DNA of 64,000 nt from Flavobacteriales bacterium (lineage in GTDB: Bacteria; Bacteroidota; Bacteroidia; Flavobacteriales; Flavobacteriaceae), in contig JALWFE010000096.1 of assembly GCA_027039975.1 (NCBI GenBank), positions 14,788-78,787 of the forward strand, read 5' to 3'. The notes beneath the pieces are model-generated. The model searched no databases, was not told where the DNA came from, and was given only the letters and a program-made list of their open reading frames with translations. The translations under genes and the position numbers were made by a program. Positions within the stretch are counted from its first letter, which is position 1, and every line of letters begins with the position of its first letter. Below are positions 1-8,145 of this stretch, piece after piece.

Positions 1-917
1 ATTATTCTGAAAGTTTTAAATACGTTAAAAATATTTTTCAACAAGCTGATTTTGTCGCCGGCAATTTGGAAACAACTCTCGGTATCAAGCCATATTCGGG
101 TTATCCACAGTTCAGTGCGCCACCGGCTTTAGCGGCGGCTTGCCGTGATGCCGGTATTAATGTATTGGTAACAGCCAATAATCACAGCTGTGACAAAGGT
201 TTAAAAGGCATTATTAAAACCTTGGATATTTTAGACAGTTTGCATATAGACCATACCGGAACTTTTAGAAACAAAACCGCAAAAGACAGTTTGACACCAC
301 TTATTTTGAAAAAAAACGGTATTACGCTGGCACTTCTCAATTACACTTATGGAACCAATGGTATCCCCGAACCTATACCGGCAAAAGTCAACTTGATTGA
401 CACTGTTGCAATTAAACGGGATATCGAAAAATCCCGTTTAAAAAATCCCGACGCTATTATCGTGTTTTTACATTGGGGACAACAATATAATAACCATCCT
501 GATAAACAACAAAAAAAATTGGTCAATTTTTTACACCGCAATGGTGTCAATATCATTATCGGCTCTCATCCTCACGTAATACAAGATATTGATTATGAGT
601 TAGATTACTTAAACAATCAAACTTATTTAACCGTTTATTCGCTGGGAAATTTTATCAGCAATCAACGGACTTTTCCAAGAGACGGCAGTATGATTGCAGA
701 TATACAATTAAAAAAAGACCTTAAAGGGAAACTGCATATAACCCACTTTAAAACCATCCCGGTTTGGGTTTATAAATTTATGAAACAAAAACGCTTACAC
801 TACGAAATTTTACCTGTCGAAAAATTTAAATTCCGTCCCGGTTATTTCTTGAAAAATCCCGATTACCAAAAGATGATGCGGTATTACAAGCATTACAAAA
901 GTTTCTTCCCTCATTAA
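1..917 (+). CDS. CapA/PGA_cap family protein (metallophosphatase-like); 5' end lies outside the window
   Basis: Frame 3 is open from base 3 (YSESFKYVKNIFQQADFVAGNLETTLG...), so the TTG at 66 in the ORF track is internal. NNHSCDKG and GSHPHV motifs are typical of CapA/YwtB-type proteins. Confidence 0.75.
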   Translation, partial: YSESFKYVKNIFQQADFVAGNLETTLGIKPYSGYPQFSAPPALAAACRDAGINVLVTANNHSCDKGLKGIIKTLDILDSLHIDHTGTFRNKTAKDSLTPLILKKNGITLALLNYTYGTNGIPEPIPAKVNLIDTVAIKRDIEKSRLKNPDAIIVFLHWGQQYNNHPDKQQKKLVNFLHRNGVNIIIGSHPHVIQDIDYELDYLNNQTYLTVYSLGNFISNQRTFPRDGSMIADIQLKKDLKGKLHITHFKTIPVWVYKFMKQKRLHYEILPVEKFKFRPGYFLKNPDYQKMMRYYKHYKSFFPH

Positions 918-941
918 AAATTTTTTACTTTTGCAGTGATT

Positions 942-1691
942 ATGAAATGGATAGCAAATTTATTACGGATTATTTGGCGTATTTGGTTTATTATTATAGC
1001 AGGCCTTCCTATCATAATCTGTGCACCTGCCATTTATTTTGCCATTGTTTTAGACAAACAAAATCTATTAACCCGGCTCAAACATTTTTGGGGTGCTTGG
1101 GTCCTGTTTTTTATGGGTTTCAGGATAAAACTTGAAAATCAAGCTGATATCAAACCGAAACAGCCTTATATCATCATCGGTAATCATACTTCTATGATAG
1201 ATATTATGGTATTACTCAAGATTTTTAAACGACCTTTTGTGTTTGTAGGAAAAAAAGAATTGTCTAAAATCCCTGTTTTCGGTTATCTTTATAAAAAAGC
1301 CAATATTCTGGTCGATAGAAAATCTCCCAGAAGCCGCAAAGAAGTTTTTGACCAGGTAGTCAACTTTATCAAAAAAGGTAATAGCATCGTTATCTATCCG
1401 GAAGGCGGTGTGCCGGATGACCCTAAAACATTACTGGCACCTTTTAAAAATGGTGCCTTTCGAATAGCGATAGAACACAGTTTACCTATTATTCCGGTAG
1501 TTTATTACGACAACAAACGGCGGTTTCCTTACGATATTTTTAAAGGTGGCCCGGGCAAATTACGAATCAAAATATTACCGGTTGTCCAAACGGATAAATT
1601 GACCTTAAAAGATGTAAACGATTTAAAAGATTTTTGTTATAATCTGATTTATAATGAATTAATGAATAATGAAATCAGCAAGGATTTTTAA
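942..1691 (+). CDS. plsC: 1-acyl-sn-glycerol-3-phosphate (lysophospholipid) acyltransferase
   Basis: N-terminal TM segment, HX4D acyltransferase motif (GNHTSMID) and YPEGG motif. ATG at 942 preferred over GTG at 936. Confidence 0.8.
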   Translation: MKWIANLLRIIWRIWFIIIAGLPIIICAPAIYFAIVLDKQNLLTRLKHFWGAWVLFFMGFRIKLENQADIKPKQPYIIIGNHTSMIDIMVLLKIFKRPFVFVGKKELSKIPVFGYLYKKANILVDRKSPRSRKEVFDQVVNFIKKGNSIVIYPEGGVPDDPKTLLAPFKNGAFRIAIEHSLPIIPVVYYDNKRRFPYDIFKGGPGKLRIKILPVVQTDKLTLKDVNDLKDFCYNLIYNELMNNEISKDF

Positions 1692-1745
1692 AACAAATTG
1701 AAGCAAACAGAATTTAAGTTTCTTTTGCTAGTAATCTATTCTTTT

Positions 1746-1964
1746 TTATAATTTGGAAAAAATATAAATAATCAAGTTTAATATTAAGCTGATAATAATC
1801 ATACTGGTAATGGGGGCATAAAAAGAAAAATTTTCATTTTGAATACGGATATCACCGGGTAATTTGCCAAACCACGAAAAAAGCCCGCCAAAAAGCCACG
1901 TAAACAGCCCCATAATGATAAACAATACACCGATTGATATTAATAATTTTGCAATGTTTCCCAC
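1746..1964 (-). CDS. DUF2905-type small membrane protein
   Basis: 72 aa, two TM segments flanking GKLPGDIRI..NFSFYAPITS, the signature I associate with DUF2905. Apparent GTG start. Confidence 0.75.
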   Translation of the reverse strand: MGNIAKLLISIGVLFIIMGLFTWLFGGLFSWFGKLPGDIRIQNENFSFYAPITSMIIISLILNLIIYIFSKL

Positions 1965-1982
1965 AAGTTTTTGATAATTTAT

Positions 1983-2200
1983 TACGGTTCGTTGAATATT
2001 TCGTTCATTGATGTCTTTTTACTGCTTCATACCTTATACACGTCTTTTAATTTGAGGAATTGAGGATATATTGTGCTTCATTGAATAATCCGTTTATTGA
2101 TGATTGCTTGTTATTACAAACCGTATTGTTCGTTCCATAAATTGAGGATTTTTTTTATAACTTGTATATTTTTCCTCATATCCTCAATTCATCGTTTCAT
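1983..2200. repeat. Two tandem copies of an ~88-nt intergenic repeat unit plus an inverted word fragment
   Basis: Conserved cores at 2004-2067 and 2093-2150, each ending in TGAGGAATTGAGGA / TTGAGGATT. They are homologous to the three copies at 3685-3948. Inverted fragment tttttcctcatatcctcaattcatc at about 2169-2193. Stops in all frames. Confidence 0.85.
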
Positions 2201-2216
2201 CAAAAATTATAAACTT

Positions 2217-3671
2217 TCAACTAAAACTATAAGTCGTACCGTCTTTTCCGTCTTTAAGTTGTATACCGAACCGGGCTAATTCGTCTCTGATTTTATCGGC
2301 CAATGCCCAATTTTTTTCTGCACGGGCTTGATTTCTGATTTCTATCAATAATTGAATGGCTTTGTCAAATGCTTGATTATTCCCGGCTTCTTGCTGCATT
2401 TTATGCAAACCGAGTACTTCAAAAGCAAAATCGTTCATCGCTTTTGACAATTTTTCTTTACTTTCAGAAGTGATTGTTTCTTTTCCATCTCTTACCAGAT
2501 TGATATGTCTGACAGCTTCAAACAAACCGGCAATCAAAACAGGTGTATTAAAATCATCATCCATAGCCTCGTAAAAGCTGTTGATTAAAGCTTTAACATC
2601 AAAAGAATCTTTATCTGTAACCGGTAAATTTTCTAAAGTTTTTATTCCTTCCACCAATCTTTTATAGCCTTTTTCAGCCGCTTGCAAAGCTTCTTCGGAC
2701 AAATCCAATACATTGCGGTAATGTGCTTGCATCATAAAAAATCTCACTACCGCCGGTGAATAAGCTTTGCTCAGCAATTGATTCTTACCACTGAAAATTT
2801 CCCGCGGCAAAAGGTGGTTACCTGTGGATTTACTCATTTTTTTACCATTGAGGGTCAACATATTGGCGTGCATCCAATACCGGACAGGATCAACACCGTT
2901 AGCTGTTTTTCCTTGAGCAATTTCACATTCGTGATGCGGAAATTTGAGGTCCATACCACCGCCGTGTATATCAAATTGTTCGCCTAGATATTTAGTACTC
3001 ATTACAGTACATTCCAGATGCCAACCCGGAAAACCTTCACCCCAAGGCGAAGGCCAGCGCATGATATGTTGTGGTTTGGCTTTTTTCCACAAAGCAAAAT
3101 CCTGCGGATTGCGTTTTTCATCTTGTCCTTCAAGCTCACGTGTATTAGCTATCAGTTCTTCAATATTACGACCGCTTAATTTTCCGTATTTATCTATTTC
3201 ACTATTGTATTTAACCACATCAAAATAAACGGAACCGTTACTTTCGTAAGCATAACCCTTTTCCAAAATGGTTTTTGTCGTCTCAATTTGTTCAATAATA
3301 TGACCGGTTGCCGTCGGTTCAATATCAGGTGGTAAATTGTTTACCAACTCCAAAACCTTATGAAAATCAATAGTATATTGCTGCACGATTTCCATCGGCT
3401 CCAATCGCTCCAAACGCGCTTTTTTTGAAATTTTATCTTCTTCACTGTCTTCTTCCAAATGTCCGGCATCGGTAATATTGCGAACATACCTTACTTTATA
3501 CCCCGAAAATTTGAGATAACGGTAAATGACATCAAAAGAAATAAAAGTCCGTACATTGCCCAGGTGGACATTGCTGTAAACCGTAGGACCGCACACATAC
3601 ATCCCCACATGACCGGGAACCAAGGGTTTAAATTCTTCTTTTTGACCGGTTAATGAATTGTATATTTTCAT
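2217..3671 (-). CDS. cysS: cysteine--tRNA ligase
   Basis: 484 aa class I aaRS with HLGN (HIGH-type) and KMSKS motifs. N-terminus [16 protein letters not shown] is typical of CysS. Confidence 0.97.
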   Translation of the reverse strand: MKIYNSLTGQKEEFKPLVPGHVGMYVCGPTVYSNVHLGNVRTFISFDVIYRYLKFSGYKVRYVRNITDAGHLEEDSEEDKISKKARLERLEPMEIVQQYTIDFHKVLELVNNLPPDIEPTATGHIIEQIETTKTILEKGYAYESNGSVYFDVVKYNSEIDKYGKLSGRNIEELIANTRELEGQDEKRNPQDFALWKKAKPQHIMRWPSPWGEGFPGWHLECTVMSTKYLGEQFDIHGGGMDLKFPHHECEIAQGKTANGVDPVRYWMHANMLTLNGKKMSKSTGNHLLPREIFSGKNQLLSKAYSPAVVRFFMMQAHYRNVLDLSEEALQAAEKGYKRLVEGIKTLENLPVTDKDSFDVKALINSFYEAMDDDFNTPVLIAGLFEAVRHINLVRDGKETITSESKEKLSKAMNDFAFEVLGLHKMQQEAGNNQAFDKAIQLLIEIRNQARAEKNWALADKIRDELARFGIQLKDGKDGTTYSFS

Positions 3672-3684
3672 AAGAGTTGAAAGT

Positions 3685-3948
3685 TATGGTTCATACCGTA
3701 TTGAATTCTTCAATGATTGTTTGTTACTTTATACCTTATTCTCATTTTATAAGCTGAGGAATTGAGGAATTATCTCGTTTCAGTGCGTATCGTATTCATT
3801 GATGATTGCTTATTACTTTATACCGTATTCTCGTCTTATAAACTGAGGAATTGAGGAATTTTATTGCTTCATAGAATATGACGTTATTTGATGAATGTTT
3901 ATTGTTTCATATCTTATACTCGTCTTTTAAATTGAGGAATTGAGGATT
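3685..3948. repeat. Three tandem copies of the ~88-nt intergenic repeat unit
   Basis: Cores at 3708-3771, 3794-3860 and 3884-3948 (period 86-90 nt). Consensus is approximately TCATTGATGATTGCTTATTACTTTATACCGTATTCTCGTCTTATAAAyTGAGGAATTGAGGA. The linkers are also related to one another. Same orientation as the copies at 1983-2150. Confidence 0.9.
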
Positions 3949-3957
3949 TTTTTTATT

Positions 3958-4335
3958 TTATTCTTTATTGATTTGATATTGTCTCAATTTGTTTATTTGA
4001 TTAGCAATTAAATGAATATCATCTCTTAAATTATTTAATTCTTCATTTGTAAGATAGTTTAACTTGTTTGCTATAATCAATTGATTGATTACTTCCATTA
4101 AACTACCATACGCCATAGTTAAAAAATGTTCCCTATCCTTATTTGAAATTCTGTAATTACCTTCTGCAATATTTGATGAAACAGAAATACAAGCACGCCT
4201 GATTTGTGAAACCAAATTGTAATTTTCACGAACAGGAAAATTATTCGTCAGTTTATATATAGCAATTGTTAAATCAATTGAATTTTTCCAAACATCCAAT
4301 TTTTCAAAACTAAACCGTTTAACATTTGAATTCAT
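3958..4335 (-). CDS. four-helix-bundle protein (23S rRNA intervening-sequence protein / Avd-like family)
   Basis: 125 aa. FEKLDVWKNSIDL...IYKLTNNFP..E.YNLVSQIRRACISVSSNIAEG matches the conserved N-terminal and central motifs of this family. Embedded in repeat DNA on both sides. Confidence 0.85.
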   Translation of the reverse strand: MNSNVKRFSFEKLDVWKNSIDLTIAIYKLTNNFPVRENYNLVSQIRRACISVSSNIAEGNYRISNKDREHFLTMAYGSLMEVINQLIIANKLNYLTNEELNNLRDDIHLIANQINKLRQYQINKE

Positions 4336-4360
4336 CTTAATATTTTTTATATCTTTATAT

Positions 4361-4555
4361 TTTTCCTCATTTCCTCACTTCCTCATTTCCTCACTCCTCA
4401 TTCATCAGTTCCTCAACCCGGTCATTTCGATACAATTTTGCTCCTTAAGTCACAAAATCTCTCAATGACCTACTCTTCACTCCTCATTTCCTCACTTCCT
4501 CATTTCCTCAGTTCCTCAATTCCTCAACTCATCAATTCATCAGTTCATCAGTTTC
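4361..4555. repeat. Composite intergenic repeat: 7-8-nt word arrays flanking a ~58-nt core
   Basis: cctcatttcctcacttcctcatttcctca... (reverse complement of TGAGGAAN words) at 4361-4416. A second array at 4474-4555 ends in ctcatcaattcatcagttcatcag (reverse complement of TGATGAAN words). Confidence 0.9.
4415..4473 (-). repeat. Conserved ~58-nt core element (TAGGTC...CCGGGTT when read on the minus strand), copy 1
   Basis: AACCCGGTCATTTCGATACAATTTTGCTCCTTAAGTCACAAAATCTCTCAATGACCTA. About 85% identical to 19973-20028. Arms GGTCATT/AATGACC are perfectly complementary, and ATTTTG/CAAAAT forms an inner stem. Confidence 0.8.
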
Positions 4556-4567
4556 TAATAATTATTA

Positions 4568-5233
4568 CTAAACAATAAACTTCGTATCGGTATTGATATA
4601 TCTCAAAAATTCTTTTCGTACTTCGGGATTTTTAAATTTTCCGGCGTATTCGGCTGTCAAAGTCGACGAAGTGATATCTTTGATACCACGCGATACCAAG
4701 CACAAATGTTTGGCATCGACAATACACGCCACATCTTCGGTTTGTAAAGCAATCTGCAAGGCTTTGACAATCTGAACGGTCAACCGTTCCTGTACTTGCG
4801 GACGCCGGGCAAAATAATCGACAATCCGGTTGATTTTTGACAAACCCAAAACCCGTCCGCTGGAAATATATGCCACATGTGCCTTGCCTATAATTGGTAA
4901 AAGATGGTGTTCGCAAGTCGAAAAAACACTGATATCTTTTTCAACAAGCATCTCGCCGTATTTGTACTTGTTTTCAAAAGACGACAGTTTAGGTAAATTA
5001 TCTGGATTTAAACCTCTAAAAATCTCCTTGACAAACATTTTGGCGACCCGTCGCGGTGTACCTCTCAAACTATCATCTTGCAAATCCAACCCTAAAATAT
5101 CCAAAACATCGGCAATTTTACCTTCTATCAATTGCATTTTTTTTTCATCGGGAATATTGTTGGCGCCTTCTTTGACCGGAGTTGTAATACCAGCAAACAA
5201 ATCTTCCCTGTAATTCTTGTGTTTTTTTGACAT
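4568..5233 (-). CDS. folE: GTP cyclohydrolase I
   Basis: CEHHLLP zinc-site motif, RRPQVQERLT and overall FolE-like sequence. ATG at 5233 (MSKKHK...) preferred over the upstream ORF-track start at 5263. Confidence 0.93.
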   Translation of the reverse strand: MSKKHKNYREDLFAGITTPVKEGANNIPDEKKMQLIEGKIADVLDILGLDLQDDSLRGTPRRVAKMFVKEIFRGLNPDNLPKLSSFENKYKYGEMLVEKDISVFSTCEHHLLPIIGKAHVAYISSGRVLGLSKINRIVDYFARRPQVQERLTVQIVKALQIALQTEDVACIVDAKHLCLVSRGIKDITSSTLTAEYAGKFKNPEVRKEFLRYINTDTKFIV

Positions 5234-5360
5234 AAAATATCTTTGATATGTATGGAACAACAAAATTACAATAATTTTAGAAATGAAAATATTTTGAAAT
5301 AAATTAAATAATTTTTCTTACTTTTAAAGCCGTAAAAATCAATCCGAAAAAATTCATCCG

Positions 5361-6242
5361 ATGAAAAAAATCCACCCCAAAGATTTTAAAATCAAACCCG
5401 GTAAAAAAGTTAAAATTAAAGATTTGCCTACCAGAATAGATTTAGGCGCTGACAAAAAGAAAATTGAAGACGAATTGCGTAAAGTCCGCCGTAAAATTGC
5501 CGAAATTCAAACCAAGATTTACGCTTCCGGTACGCCTGCCGTTTACATCGGTATTCAAGGTATGGATACTGCCGGTAAAGACAGTTTGATACGGGAAGTT
5601 TTTAAGGACATCAACCCCAGCGGTATTGAAGTTTATGATTTTAAAAAACCGACACCGCTCGAACATGCCCACGACTTTATTTGGCGGCATTATATCACCT
5701 TGCCCGAACGGGGAAAATTCGGTATTCACAACCGTACTCATTACGAAGATGTATTGATAGCCCGTATTCATCCGCAATTGGTTTTAAATCAAAAAATTTA
5801 TGGAATAAACAAATTGGAAGATATCGGTGAAAAATTTTGGAAAAAACGTTTTAGACAAATCCGTGATTTTGAAAAAATACAGGTAGAAAACGGTATGAAA
5901 ATGTTTAAATTTTTCTTACACCTGTCCAAAGAAGAACAAAAATATCGTTTTTTGCGCCGTATCCGCCGCAAAGACAAACAATGGAAATTTAATGCCGCCG
6001 ACTTGAAAGAACGCAATTATTGGGATGATTATCAAAAAGCTTACGAAGATGTATTGAACGAAACTTCAACATCTTATGCACCTTGGTACGTTATTCCGGC
6101 GGATGACAAACCTACGGCACGGTTAATAACCGCCCGTATATTATTGGATGAACTCAAAAAATTAAATGTTGATTTTCCTAAACTCAGTGATGAAGAAAAA
6201 GCCAAATTCGAAAGTTACAAACAAGCTTTGGAAAACGAATAA
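5361..6242 (+). CDS. ppk2: polyphosphate kinase 2 family protein (polyphosphate:nucleotide phosphotransferase)
   Basis: Walker-A-like GIQGMDTAGKDS, RHYITLPERGKFGIHNRTHYEDVL and a single-domain PPK2 size of ~290 aa. Confidence 0.85.
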   Translation: MKKIHPKDFKIKPGKKVKIKDLPTRIDLGADKKKIEDELRKVRRKIAEIQTKIYASGTPAVYIGIQGMDTAGKDSLIREVFKDINPSGIEVYDFKKPTPLEHAHDFIWRHYITLPERGKFGIHNRTHYEDVLIARIHPQLVLNQKIYGINKLEDIGEKFWKKRFRQIRDFEKIQVENGMKMFKFFLHLSKEEQKYRFLRRIRRKDKQWKFNAADLKERNYWDDYQKAYEDVLNETSTSYAPWYVIPADDKPTARLITARILLDELKKLNVDFPKLSDEEKAKFESYKQALENE

Positions 6243-6942
6243 AAATTGTGATAATAAATATTAATCCTAAAAAAAGGAAATGAAGAAAATTAATTACTAC
6301 GTTACTGTTGTTATTTACAATAATATTTTTACAAGCACAACTGTTTAGTTCCATCGGATTTATATTAAAAAAACTTGTAATTTATAATTACTTTACCAAT
6401 TAAGCCGGTACGGGTTTTTCAAATTAAAGCACGTTGCCGGCTTTTTTAACCAAATCCGACTAAACTATGAAACTTAAAATATATCTGTTTGCCCTGTTGC
6501 TATGGGCAATACAATCCGTTATGGCTACGCCACCGGATAAAAAAACCTATAACCCAAACTATTGACGATATGATTCTGGCTATCCGATGAATCAAAAAAA
6601 CTTATCAAATCCGCAAACAAGATGTTTATAAACGTTTAACAAACCGGTAGAGTCCTTACCAAAGTCACGGATATGGAAACAAAAGTCAATCTGCTTATAC
6701 AAATAGACGCTTTGCAACAACAACTCAAAAGTTTGGCGGATGAAGAAGCGACCAATATTATTAAAAATTTAACCTTGCATATTGTCCTGTTGAAATCAAC
6801 GGTAGTAATATGTAAGAAATTTTGTAAGGAATCAATGAGTATGAGTGAGTTAAAAGTTTATAAAGTTCGTAATGTTTTTTGTTTACTTTGATTTGGGGTA
6901 GCGTTTCCTGCGGAGCAATGCATACGAGAATATTTAAAAATT

Positions 6943-8046
6943 TTACAATAATTCATACACTTTTCCCGGCAAGGACGTAATGACATTTTTCAATTCCATT
7001 TGTAAAAGTACTTGTGCCGTTTTTGACACGGGCATTTGCAACATTACGGCGATTTCATCGAGGGATAATTTGGATTCGGCTTGTAATAAATCGAAAATCA
7101 ATTGTTCGTCATCGGTTAAATCGACAAACAGATTCAATTGCGGACTGGCAGGTTTGACTTTGTTTTCTGTCCAACGTAACATATTGATAATATCTTCCGC
7201 CCGGGTGACCAGTGCCGCTTTGTTGTTCTTAATCAAGTTGTTACACCCCATACTAAAATTGTCGAAAATCCGTCCCGGTACGGCAAATACATCGCGGTTA
7301 TACGAATTGGCAATATCGGCGGTTACCAAGGCACCGCCTTTTTCACCGGATTCGACGACCAAAACAGCTTCCGAAATACCGGCGATAATTCGGTTACGTT
7401 TTAAAAAATTGTTACGATCAACCGGGTCGGTGTGCCAAAATTCGGTTATCAATCCACCGTTATCGAGCATCTGACGGGCGATTTTTTGGTGAACACTGGG
7501 ATAAATTCGTTGAAATCCGTGTCCTAAAACGGCTATGGTCGGCAAATCGTGTTTTAAGGCGTTGAAATGCGCTTCAACGTCCACGCCGTAAGCCAAACCG
7601 CTGACAATTACAGGTTTATAAGGGGCTAGCACTTCCATAAATCCGGCTACCACACGTTTACCGTAAGCCGTTATATTGCGTGTCCCGACAATACTGAGCA
7701 TTTTCGGGCTGTTTAAATCGACATTGCCTTGATAAAAAAACAATACCGGACCGTCGGGAGCATGTTGCAAGCGATACGGATATTCCTTGTCAAAAATAGT
7801 GACCGCTTTTATCCGGTTTTGTTCGATGTATTTCAATTCATCCGATACTTTTTGCCATTCGTCAAATTGCCGTAAACTTTGTATCATAACCGAACCGATA
7901 TCCTGTACATCGATATCGTTTCGTTTTGCCGCTTCAAATATTGCTTTGGCCGAGCCGAAATGCCGCAACAGTTTTTTGGCCGAAATATCGCCGATATTCT
8001 TGACTTTTTGCAAGGCTAAAAGATAATAAAGTGCTTCCGTATCCAT
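6943..8046 (-). CDS. dprA: DNA-processing protein DprA (Smf)
   Basis: 367 aa. Rossmann-like core (IVSGLAYGVDVEAH, VVESGEKGGALVTA) and a C-terminal winged-helix-like tail typical of DprA. Confidence 0.9.
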   Translation of the reverse strand: MDTEALYYLLALQKVKNIGDISAKKLLRHFGSAKAIFEAAKRNDIDVQDIGSVMIQSLRQFDEWQKVSDELKYIEQNRIKAVTIFDKEYPYRLQHAPDGPVLFFYQGNVDLNSPKMLSIVGTRNITAYGKRVVAGFMEVLAPYKPVIVSGLAYGVDVEAHFNALKHDLPTIAVLGHGFQRIYPSVHQKIARQMLDNGGLITEFWHTDPVDRNNFLKRNRIIAGISEAVLVVESGEKGGALVTADIANSYNRDVFAVPGRIFDNFSMGCNNLIKNNKAALVTRAEDIINMLRWTENKVKPASPQLNLFVDLTDDEQLIFDLLQAESKLSLDEIAVMLQMPVSKTAQVLLQMELKNVITSLPGKVYELL

Positions 8047-8145
8047 TTACAAAAATTGTGTATTTTTAAAGTTTTAAATATAAACATTTTCAGCAAAACC
8101 GTTTTGGTGAAATTTTTGTGGTAAAATCGGTAAATTTTATTAGTT

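Noticed and set aside
2097-2279. 60-aa plus-strand ORF overlapping the repeat and the 3' end of cysS.
   Set aside because: It starts inside repeat copy A2 and runs antisense into cysS; it is an artefact.
3685-3948. Regularly spaced repeats that superficially resemble a CRISPR array.
   Set aside because: The 'spacers' (~22-25 nt) are homologous to one another, the 'repeat' is ~64 nt and imperfect, the same unit recurs on the other side of cysS, and no cas genes are present.
6673-6891. 72-aa ORF in the ppk2-dprA gap.
   Set aside because: It has no recognisable family and ends in low-complexity sequence. It is better explained as one surviving frame of a decayed gene (see the finding at 6243-6942), so it is not called as a CDS.
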